Source: an uncultured delta proteobacterium (GTDB taxonomy: Bacteria > Desulfobacterota > Binatia > UBA9968). From it: a DNA stretch of 43,714 nucleotides. Positions 18,820-28,569 of this stretch are shown one piece after another. The translations under genes and the position numbers were made by a program. The stretch is taken from positions 1 to 43,714 of the forward strand of contig CAVWLW010000047.1 in the NCBI GenBank assembly GCA_963755715.1, written 5' to 3'. Numbering within the stretch: position 1 is the first letter of the stretch; each line of letters begins with the position of its first letter. A model generated the notes under the pieces. The model had not been told where the DNA came from. It made no database searches and worked only from the letters and a program-made list of their open reading frames with translations.

Positions 18820-19365
18820 TTAGCCAAGCTGCCGCAACTGTTTAGGTGTCAAAAACCAATGAAGTTTACCGGGTGCGGCAACTGGGAGCGTGTCGATTTC
18901 AATGCGGCAGAGGCCGCCTTTTTTGAATTCAAAAACAAGATTAGCGGGTTTCCGCCCGCCCAGCAAATAGGCCGCTGTATTGGATAACAAAGGCTCGTGC
19001 CCCACCATTAGCACGTGCTGCCGATCTTGATAGCGCGTCAAGCCAAACATCAGATGTTCCACCGTGCTCTCGGGCGCCAGCCCGGAGATTTCTTCGAGCT
19101 GGGCTTCCATGCCGAGAGTGCTGGCGACGATGTCCGCGGTCTGGCGCGCGCGCGATAAAGGACTGGTCAATATAGAATCGAACCGGATGGCAAGCTCGCG
19201 CAGGCCCTTGGCGGCCTTGCGCATTCGTTTCACGCCTTTGCCGGTGAGCGGGCGTTCGGCATCATGGGCGACGGATGGATCGTCACGCGTCAGGGCAATG
19301 CCATGCCGCATCAGATAAAGATTCATGATCCGGTCCGGAGCGTGCGGTGTCATCGAGCCGTTCAT
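18820..19365 (-). CDS. sixA: phosphohistidine phosphatase SixA
   Basis: LYLMRHG, RPLT..G, TSPLSRARQTA, VGHEP, FKKGG; start may be ~19326. Confidence 0.92.
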   Translation of the reverse strand: MNGSMTPHAPDRIMNLYLMRHGIALTRDDPSVAHDAERPLTGKGVKRMRKAAKGLRELAIRFDSILTSPLSRARQTADIVASTLGMEAQLEEISGLAPESTVEHLMFGLTRYQDRQHVLMVGHEPLLSNTAAYLLGGRKPANLVFEFKKGGLCRIEIDTLPVAAPGKLHWFLTPKQLRQLG

Positions 19366-19802
19366 GCATTGTTGCGCCAGTGATCGAGAAACAGCGCGAA
19401 TACGCGCTTATCGATCTCGTCGCGCTCTTCGCGCAGCTCCGAAATCGGCGCGCCGTCAACGCGCTCTGTAGGATTCGCGGCGCGCACGGGCCAGTTTTCG
19501 ACCTTGACTCGTCCGGGCAAATTGGCGCATTTTTTATGAGCGTCGCCAAAGCTCACGACTAAATCGATGTCTTGGATCGGCACTTCCGCCAAGCCCTTGC
19601 TGGTTTGGCCGCTCATGCTGATGCCAAGCTCTTGCATCGCCTGAACCACCCGCGGCGGAATGGAGCTAGGCTTGACACCAGCGCTGAAGATTCGCGTGCG
19701 CGGCGGCGCCAGGTGCTTGGCGGTTGCTTCGGCCATTTGGCTGAGGCACGCATTGTCCTCACAGAGAAAGAGAATGTTTCGATCGATATGTCCACGTCGC
19801 AT
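19362..19802 (-). CDS. ArsC/LMW-PTP fold protein with degenerate active site
   Basis: ILFLCEDNACLSQMAE, SAG..P, MQELGISMSGQTSK; GGGAGGA RBS before ATG 19802. Confidence 0.85.
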   Translation of the reverse strand: MRRGHIDRNILFLCEDNACLSQMAEATAKHLAPPRTRIFSAGVKPSSIPPRVVQAMQELGISMSGQTSKGLAEVPIQDIDLVVSFGDAHKKCANLPGRVKVENWPVRAANPTERVDGAPISELREERDEIDKRVFALFLDHWRNNA

Positions 19803-19815
19803 AGGATCCTCCCGT

Positions 19816-21365
19816 TCAAGATCGACTGCGGTTTGAATTTCCTTTTTGGATGACGAGTTCGGTGTTGAAGACTTCTTGTACAAGCTTGCCTTTTTTTGTC
19901 GCCCATTCGATTTCATCTTTGACGTTGTCCGCTGCGGCAATGGAGATGGCGAGACGTTTCGAATTCACTGTGCAACTGACCGACTCGACGCGCTGTTCCC
20001 GGCGAAAATCCAAAGCGTCGGCGACGCGCAGCAGCGAGCTCAGCTTGCGCACCACGTCCTGGTTGGCCGGGCTGAGTTGGCTGAAGCCGAGATGTTTTTG
20101 GCTGGGATGAGCCTTGCGGTGATAGCGAGCGATGTTGGCGACCAGCTCAAGGTCGAGCTTGTTGAACGATTTCATGCCGGAGCTCTTGATCAAATAGTAA
20201 GAATGCTTGTGATGTTTGGGCCCGGCGATAAACAGGCCGATGTCATGCAGCATCGCCGCGGCATGAAAAATACTCGTGTATTTCTCGGGCAGCTTGTGCA
20301 TTTTCTGTAGTTGATAAAACAGGCTAAGCGCGAGCTGGCTCACATGTTGCGGAATGGGCGGCGTCGTTGGAATACTTCTGGCAGAATTGTTCGAGAGATT
20401 CGGAGCGGTCGGCGTCCGGATGCCACGCGCCGGAATTCGCATATTGGCGCTGCAGCAGGTCGACCATCAGTCCGTCGCGCAGGCCGCGCGCCGAGACAAA
20501 TATATAATCGAGACCGATCTCGGACATGATCTCGTGCAGCACCAGTCCGCCTGCGACGATGATGTCGGCGCGCTTCGGGTCGCCGCTGATCATGTCGGCT
20601 CGTTCCGCCGTGGTGCGGCTCATGAGCAAGTCGAGCAACGCTTTCAGGCGCTGGCGCCGCAAGACGGTCAACGAACCGGCTTTGCCATCGCCTCCCGCTC
20701 TTGTATCGGTTTCGGCGAGCGCCGTGATCGTGCCGCCGCTGCCGAAGGCCATGGTGAATTTTTCTTTTTGAATGCGCCGCGCCACGGTCTTCACTTTGTC
20801 GCGAACATGCTGGCGCAGCTCTTTCACCTGCTTGTGTTGGGGCGGATCGTTGGTCAGAAAGTTTTTCGGTGAGACGCACGGCGCCGAGCGGCAGACTAAA
20901 TAAGCAGAACGTATTGGTCGGATCGGCTACCGTCATCTCGACGCTGCCGCCGCCGATATCAAGGAATAAGCCAAGCGGCAGGTGAAAATGCAGGCCGCTC
21001 ATGATTCCTAAACTGATGAGCCGCGCCTCTTGTTCTTCCGGCAATACTTCAAGCGGCACGCCCAGGGCGTGCGCGCGTTTCAAAAAGCTCCGCCGGTCGG
21101 AAGCTTCGCGCATCGCGCTCGTGCCGACGGCGCGAATCGCTTTGGCGCGATAGCGATCGGCGACGGTCTTAAATTCGCTCAGAACTTTGAGCCCCGCTTC
21201 GGCCGATTTTGGACTCAACTTGCCGGTTTGAAAAACTTCCCGGCCCAAACGAACAGGGTGGCGCTCCTGCGCGAGAATTCGGTAGTGTTTCGGATGATCG
21301 ACTGCGGCGATCTGCCATCGTATAGCATTGCTGCCGACGTCGATTACCGCAAAATGATCAGCCAT
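19816..21365 (-). CDS. ppx: Ppx/GppA exopolyphosphatase with HD domain (two apparent +1 indels, ~20865 and ~20350)
   Basis: IDVGSNAIR, TSAMREA, DIGGGSVE, GSGGT, RADII, GLRDGL, LHDIG, ARYHRK across three consecutive frames. Confidence 0.9.
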
Positions 21366-21414
21366 TATAGCACTCTATCATATCATAGAACGTCAGCAGG
21401 GGAGCTAGAGCTTC

Positions 21415-21452
21415 GTTACAAGATTATTAAATCTTGATTAACTTTTTCATAA
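21415..21452 (-). promoter_or_regulatory. Pho-box-like array upstream of ppx operon
   Basis: GTTAC/ATTAA/ATTAA/CATAA at 21415, 21426, 21437, 21448 (11-bp period), same orientation as at pstS. Confidence 0.6.
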
Positions 21453-21834
21453 AACGCGGGCTTGCCATCGACAAAACGTTGGTGTCGATTCTGTTTGATA
21501 TTGAAATTGTTCTTTGGTTTATGCGCAGGTTGCCCCCTTATTCGTAACAATTTTTTATGTAATTGCAAAGCTATTTGAGGAAAAACGAACGACTTCAATC
21601 GGAAGACTGTGAGTTAAACAAACAGCACCTGTTCGTTCATAGTCAGTCGGGCTCATATGACCTAGCGACTGATTGTCTGCGCTGGCAATTGTAGAACACC
21701 TCGATGTATTCTAGGATCGCCCTTCGACCTTATCCCGAGTCCTAAAAGAGCCATGATGAATGAGCACGTTTTTCATTGACCTGAAGAAACTTTCGGCCAC
21801 AACGTTGTCGTAACATTTTCTCCCGCCCGCTCAT

Positions 21835-21921
21835 GGTGGTCTGATATCCTACGGATGTGCCAAACCGACTGATTTACCGGTGCAGGAGGCAACAAAGTTT
21901 GAATCATCAGTAAACCTTAAC
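21835..21921 (+). pseudogene. remnant of ABC substrate-binding protein gene (ABC_sub_bind type)
   Basis: Translates GGLISYG-C-AKPTDLPVQEATKFESSVNL, matching the family C-terminus GGLxSYG...GAKPxDLPVEQPTKFELVINL with an internal deletion. Confidence 0.65.
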
Positions 21922-22042
21922 GGTTGGTTGGGCCGAAAACTTTTTCGGTCAGCACGGTTGGCAGCATAAAATATTAGAGATAAATTCTGAGACTTCGGAC
22001 CGTAAGAAGCCAAAATATCGAAATACTATTGGGAGGTGAACC

Positions 22043-24287
22043 TTGGGATTTCGCACCATAGGAAAGTCGCTGCCCCGCATCGAAGGGCGAAGGGAAAGTC
22101 ACCGGTCAGACTAAATACGCGGCGGACTTGCCGTTCGAAAATCTACTGTGGGCTAAGGTGCTGCGCGCTTCGGTGCCGCACGCGCGAATTGTTAATATCG
22201 ATATCTCCAGAGCAAAGGCGCTGAAAGGTGTGCGCGCCGTGCTGACCGGCGCAGATGTTAAAGATATTTACGTCGGCACGCGCGTGAAGGACCAGCCGGT
22301 TTTGGCTTACGACAAAGTCAGGATGAGCGGCGATGCGGTGGCGGCAGTGGCGGCCGATAGTGAGGAGATCGCGGAAGAGGCGATTGGACTGATCGATGTT
22401 CAGTATGAGGAATTACCGTACGTAGAGGATCCCATCGAAGCATTGAAACCGAGTGCGCCGTTAATTCATGAGGACCGGAACAAATATCGGAATGCCGCCA
22501 AACTGCCTGAGGGCATGCCTGGCCACAACCTGCAGTCCTACGTGCTGTGGAAAAACGGCGATATCGAAGCGGGTTTTCAAAAAGCGGCGCGGATTTTCGA
22601 GCACACTTTTCGCACGCCGCTCTCGCATCACGGCTACATCGAACCCTGTGCCTGTACCGTACAAGTTCACTCAGACGGACGGGTCGAAGTTTGGCCGTCG
22701 AACAAAGGGCCTTGGGGTTTGCGCGAGCAGATGGCGGAAGACTTCGGCGTGCCACAGGACAAAATCAAGATCCACATCGTCCACGTCGGCGGCGATTTCG
22801 GTGCCAAGGCGTCGTTGATCGACGTACCGATCGCTTACTACTTGTCGAAAGCTACGGGCCTGCCCGTGAAATTGGTTTTCGATTACACCGACGAGCTTCT
22901 CGCCGGTGGCCACCGCCATCCCGCGGTACTTTCGCTACGAACGGGCGTAGATCAGGACGGACATTTTACCGCTATCAAAGCGACAATTCATTTCAGCGGC
23001 GGCGCCTATGGCTCGCAAAAGGCCAATCCCCAAGTGACGGTGCTTGGAGGGCGGCGCCTGGCGAGCATGTATAGAGTGCCGGCGATCAGCTGCGAGACTT
23101 ATTGCTCGTATACCAATCAGGTTCCTTGCACCCAAACGCGCACGCCGGGCAGTCCGCAGGTCGTGTTCGCGTTTGAGTCGCAGGTCGAAATCATCGCCAA
23201 AGAGATGGGCATCGATGCTCTCGAATTGCGCCGAAGAAATATTCTGCACGACGGCGATGCCAATCCCATGGGGGAAAAGTGGAGCGATATTCTCATGAGC
23301 GAAGTGCTGGAACGCGTCGTCAAAACTTCCGGCTGGAAGAAAGGCGGAGCGAGGAAAAACCGCGGCTGGGGTATGGCGCTCTATGATCGCGGCACGCCGG
23401 AAGGGAAAGCGAGCTCGGCATTAACGCTGGAGGCCGATGGCAAGGTCAACATCCTCACCGGCGTGCCCGATGTCGGTCCTGGATACTATACTGTTAGCCA
23501 ACAGATGGTTTGCGAAACGCTCGGGCTGCCGCCGGAAAAAGTCGGTGTGGTTTTCAAAGACACCGATAGTTTGCCTTTCGATCCCGGCACGGGCGGCAGC
23601 AAACAGACGAATACTTCCGGTCACGCGGTCAATCAGTCCGCGCATGAGGTGCGTGAGAAATTAGTCGCCTTGGCGGCGCGCGAGTTGGGTTGTCAGCCGG
23701 AGGAGATTCAGCAACAGGGCGGCAAGCTCACGGCGCCGAACAAAAAGTCGACGACGACGCAAAAGATGATCGAGCTGGCTGTCAAAGAAAACGGTGGCCC
23801 CGTCTTTCACCTAACTAATTATGTCCCCAAGGACATGCCGAAGGTCACGGGGTTCGCAGCACAGGTGGCTGAGGTGGAAGTTGATCCGACTACCGGCGGC
23901 GTGAGTGTTTTGAATTTGACCACGGCGCACGATACTGGCACGGTGCTCAATCATCTCACCCTGACGGGGCAGATCGAAGGGGGCGTCGTGACCGGCTTTG
24001 GCTTCGCATTAATGGAAGAAAATCCAATGGTTGACGGAAAGATAGCAACATTAACTTTAGGTGAGTCCAAGTTGCCGTGCATCGCCGACGTGCCGCCGTT
24101 GAAGACGGTATTGGTCGAGAGCCCCACCGGACCGACGCCGTACGGCGGCAAAGCGATCGCGGAGAATCCTAACGTGCCGACGGCGGCGGCGATAGCGAAT
24201 GCCATCGCGGACGCCTGCGGTGCGCGATTGTTCGAGCTGCCATTGAGCGCAGAGAAAATTTATTGGGCATTGAATGGAAAGAAGTAG
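22043..24287 (+). CDS. xanthine dehydrogenase family molybdopterin-binding subunit (apparent +1 indel ~22086)
   Basis: TTG start after GGAGG gives MGFRTIGKSLPRIEG..KVTG..KYAADL; HGYIEP, GGDFGAK, GQIEGG, GKAIAE. Confidence 0.9.
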
Positions 24288-24299
24288 GTCACAAAGAAC

Positions 24300-24323
24300 G
24301 TAAGGGCACGGCACGCCGTGCCC
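24300..24323. repeat. REP-like palindrome
   Basis: GTAA-gggcacggc-ac-gccgtgccc, 9-bp perfect inverted repeat, intergenic. Confidence 0.6.
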
Positions 24324-24342
24324 GCAAAGCGCCATTGAGGAA

Positions 24343-25489
24343 ATGACAATGCGCCGATTGATAAAGGCACTGCTGATCCTACAGGTTTGTCAGGTCATCG
24401 GATTTGCACGCTCCCTTGGTGCAGGGGAAGCAAAACCGAATTGGCAGGCCGAATGGGACAGAACGGTGCGCGCGGCGGAGCAAGAAGGACAGGTCATGGT
24501 CTCTATCGGCGGTTACGGCGCGATCATCGATTCCGGCGTGTTTCAAAAATTATACCCTAAGATCAAGATAACTCACATTACGGGTGCCGGAACTGACCTC
24601 ACGCAGCGCATTTCGGCCGAGCGCCGGGCCGGCAAATATCTTGTCGACGTTTACAACGGCGGTGGCAATTCGCTGTTTCAGGTTCTTTATAGTCGGAAAA
24701 ATGCTCGACCCGATCAAGTCGACGTTGATCCTGCCGGATGTGACGGATGCGACGAAATGGTGGGAGGGCAAACAGAAGTACGCGGACAAAGAAGGTCAAT
24801 ATATTTTTGTCTACGAGGGCAACGTGTCGGCCGGCGCGGGCGCGTCTTACAACAGCCAATTGCTTGATCCGCGCGAGTACAAGAGCTACTGGGATTTCCT
24901 CAATCCTAAACTTAAGGGAAAGATTCTTTCGACCGATATTCGCAAAGTGCGCGGCGCAGGTATTCCCTGGCAGTTTCTTTACTATAGCTCCGACCTCGGT
25001 CCCAAATATCTCCGCCGCCTGTTCGGCGAGATGGACGTCACTTTAACCGCCGATCTTCGTCAAGCCGTTGACTGGCTTGGCACGGGGAAATTCGCCGTGG
25101 GTATGCCGATACAAGGCGGAACGGTCTATAAAGCAAAAAACCAGGGTTTGCCGGTGGATGAGTTCAGTCCCTACCACTTCAAGGAAGGCGTCAATCTTTC
25201 TTCGGCTTTCGGTTCCATCGCGCTCATGAATCGCGCGCCTCATCCGAACGCGGCGAAGGTTTTTATCAACTGGTTGTTGTCGCGCGACGGCCAAGCGCTA
25301 TTTCAAAAGACGATCAGCGTGCCCGGCGACGCGCGCAACTCGCGCCGAGTGGACGTGCCGAAAGATCATATTCCGGCCGACGAGCAGCGCCGCGACAAGA
25401 TGAGCTACTTTGACACCGACGATCCGGACACCAAAGATCTCAACCCGGCGATGAAGTTACTGGATGAAATCTTGGCGGGGAAGAAGTAG
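24343..25489 (+). CDS. ABC substrate-binding protein (Fe3+/polyamine-like fold; apparent +1 indel ~24690)
   Basis: Signal peptide, W..TVRAAEQEG, APHPNAAKVFINWLLSRDGQ; two overlapping ORFs join into one protein. Confidence 0.85.
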
Positions 25490-25509
25490 CGAACGTCAAT
25501 TAGGAATTG

Positions 25510-25538
25510 TCTCGCGCAAAGACGCAAAGGACGCCAAG
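25510..25538. repeat. short intergenic repeat unit (CGCAAAG tandem)
   Basis: tctcgcgcaaagacgcaaaggacgccaag. Confidence 0.4.
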
Positions 25539-25580
25539 AGAAAGCTTGAAGGAAGCCGTTTGGGTCTGGAGGATGGCGCC

Positions 25581-26746
25581 GTGAAACGACGATCCTTAGT
25601 GAATCGAAACGGCCGGAACTTCGTAGCGGCCGTTTCCGTGTCGTTGCTTGGATGTCTGATTCCCGTTGGAGCCGCTCACACAGCGGACGCAAAGCCTTCT
25701 TGGCAAGTCACGTGGGAGAATACGGTTGCGGCGGCAAAGAAAGAAGGACGGCTGAATTTCTACGTCGGCCGCTACGGCAGCGAGCCATTGCTCGACGAAT
25801 TCCGCAAAGAATTTCCCGAGATCAAAATATTCAGCACCAACGGCGCCGGCAACTCACTGGGCACGCGCATCGTCGCCGAAGCGCGCGCCGGCAACGTGCT
25901 GGCGGATCTTTACAGCGGCGGGGCGGTGACGAATTTTGAGATCCTTTACAAGGGAAAGGTCCTCGGTTCGCTCAAGTCGGCGTTGATACTTCCCGAAGTT
26001 CTTGATCAGTCCAAGTGGTACGGCGGCAAGCACTGCTACAACGACGCCGAACAGCAGCATGTGTTCATTTACCTCGCCAATCCGACTTCGACGAGCCTTT
26101 ATTTCAATACCAATCTGGTCAATCCGAAAGACTTCAAGTCCTACTGGGATCTCGTCAACCCCAAGTGGAAAGGGAAATATGTCTCCCAGGAGCCGACCAG
26201 CACCGGCATCGGCCCTTCGCTGCAGTTTTTCTTTTACCATCCGGACCTTGGGCCGGATTTTTTAAGAAAACTTTTCATCGATCAGCAGCCGGTTTACGGC
26301 CGGGACCGGCGCCAAATCACGGATTGGCTCGCTCAAGGAAAGTTTGCCCTTTGCCTCGGCTGCCGCGATTCTGATAGAGCCAAGAAGCAGGGTCTGCCCG
26401 TGGACGATATGGACATGGTGGATTGGAAGGAAGGTTTGCCAATCTCTCCCGGCGGTGGTTCGATGAGTCTCATCAAGGGCGGGCCGCATCCGAACGCCGC
26501 CAAGGTCTTTATCAACTGGTTCTTGTCGCGCCGCGGGCAAATCGCGCTGCAAAAGTACGACGATCTCTACGGGCAAGAGCCGCCCAACTCCCGGCGCGTC
26601 GATATCCCAAAGGAGATGCTGCCGCCGAGCAGCCGGCTGGTCGAGGGGCGGCGCTATTTCGATTTTACAGATCCGAAATACGCGGACATGACGCCGATCT
26701 ATCAAGTTGGCCAAAGAATTCATGAAAGGACGTGAAGGAGAAATGA
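25581..26746 (+). CDS. ABC substrate-binding protein, paralog 2 (indels near 3' end)
   Basis: AAAKKEGRLNFY, GPHPNAAKVFINWFLSRRGQ; alternative frame reads KLAKEFMKGREG like the paralog 3 end. Confidence 0.85.
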
Positions 26747-26749
26747 GAC

Positions 26750-27889
26750 ATGAAAAAGATTCCTTAGGGTCGTCATTTTAATTTTCTTCGGCGTGATCCT
26801 GACTATTCGCGGGTTCGTCTTTCGCCGCCGGAAGCAAAGCCTTCGTGGCAAGCCACTTGGGAAAAGACGCTTGCCGCGGCAAAGAAGGAGGGCAAGCTCA
26901 ATTTCTATGTCGGCCGTTACGGCACGGAGCCACTGCTCAACGAGTTCCGCAAAGAGTTTCCCGAAATTCAACTGGTCAGCGTCAACGGCACGGGCAACAG
27001 CCTGGGAACAAGGATTACCGGTGAAATGCGCGCCGGCAGGGTAGTCGCCGATCTTTTCAGCGGCGGGGCGAATACTAATTACGAAGTCCTTTACCAGGGC
27101 AAAGCGCTCGATTCGATCAAGTCTGCGCTGATCCTGCCGGAAGTCCTCGACGAGAGTAAATGGTATGAAGGACGGCATCGTTACACCGACCCGGAGCAAC
27201 GCCATATTTTTGTCTACATCGCCAACCCATCGTCGTCAGGATTTTATTACAACATGACTTTGGTGAACCCGAAGGAATTTAAATCCTATTGGGATTTGGT
27301 CGCGCCGAAGTGGAAGGGCAAATACGTTTCCCAGGATCCGCTGAGCACGGGTCTCGGCGGCGGTCTTCAGTTCATGTACTATCATCCCGAGTTGGGACCG
27401 GAGTTTATCAAACGGCTGTACGGCGACATGCAGCCGACCTTGGGACGAGACCGCCGGCAAATTACCGACTGGTTGGCGCAAGGAAAATTTCCGCTTTGCG
27501 TCGGGTGCCGTGAGGCGACGAAGGCAAAAAACCAGGGACTGCCGGTCGATGAGCTCGACAACGTCGACTGGAAGGAAGGATTGGAGTTGACCACCGGCGG
27601 CGGCTCGATGAGCCTGATCAAGGGCGGACCCAATCCGAACGCGGCAAAAGTCTTTATCAACTGGTTCCTGTCGCGCCGCGGTCAAACCGCAATGCAAAAA
27701 TATAACGATCTATACGGCGAAGATGCGCCGAATTCGCGGCGCATGGATATTCCCAAAGAAATGCTCGTACCGAACAACCGCATGGTCCCAGGCAAAAAAT
27801 ATTTTGATGTTTCCGATCCCAAATACGCCGACATGACGCCGATGTTCAACCTCGTCAAAGAAATCATGAAGGGAAGAGAAGGGAAGTAA
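26750..27889 (+). CDS. ABC substrate-binding protein, paralog 3 (indels in signal peptide region)
   Basis: In frame from ~26830 EAKPSWQATWEKTLAAAKKEGKLNFY; close paralog of the preceding gene. Confidence 0.85.
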
Positions 27890-27925
27890 CGATAAATATT
27901 CAGGTGACGAGCTTTGTAGGATGAC

Positions 27926-28405
27926 ATGACTGAAGGGACCCGCGGTCTACAAACCAGGACTGACACGGGGGGCAAAATGGCATCTTCGATGGTGTGTTTC
28001 GAAATCTCCGCCAATGGAAAAAGTTTGAGCAAAGCTTGTGTTGGAGAAACTGATCAATTCGAAGTCGCTTTAGCAAAACCAATAGGCGATCGGGATACCA
28101 CTTTGAGCGTCACTGTGTTTGCCGCTCGGTCTCGTTATCACAATAAGAATATATCTTGGGAAACCGACCAGGTTGCAGTCGGAGACGAAATCGTTATTCG
28201 AATCATCGAAGATAACGAAGGCATCGAACCGTACGTGAAGTCAAACGAAGATCTCGAAAAGGAAAAGGAGAGTGCTACGTTTTGCTCATTCTGTGGGAAA
28301 GGGGACGGTGAAGTAGGTTCGATGATTACGGGTAAAGAAGGTGTGTTTATAGGCAACGAATGCGTGGAACTAGCAGTCGATATCATTAACGCTGAGAAGA
28401 GATAA
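27926..28405 (+). CDS. protein with C-terminal ClpX-type zinc-finger domain
   Basis: FCSFCGK..GEVGSMITG.EGVFIGNECVELAVDII; start may be 27977. Confidence 0.75.
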   Translation: MTEGTRGLQTRTDTGGKMASSMVCFEISANGKSLSKACVGETDQFEVALAKPIGDRDTTLSVTVFAARSRYHNKNISWETDQVAVGDEIVIRIIEDNEGIEPYVKSNEDLEKEKESATFCSFCGKGDGEVGSMITGKEGVFIGNECVELAVDIINAEKR

Positions 28406-28424
28406 CAGCTGAAATCTCTCGATT

Positions 28425-28510
28425 CGTCATGCCGGCGCACGCCGGCATCCAGGTTCTCCGTCTAGAATCAAGGGAGAAAAGCCGGGATTCCGGCTTCCGC
28501 CGGAATGACG
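28425..28510. repeat. REP/REPIN-like inverted doublet
   Basis: cGTCATgccggc-gcac-gccggcATCC ... GGATtccggc-ttcc-gccggaATGACg between convergent genes. Confidence 0.75.
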
Positions 28511-28569
28511 GAGTAGAGAGCCGACTCCTAATCAAACACATTCAGTCTTTACCTTCGAGCCGAGGATGG

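Noticed and set aside
19816-21365. ppx as three genes or a true pseudogene
   Set aside because: Removing two single bases restores a full Ppx/GppA-HD protein with intact motifs.
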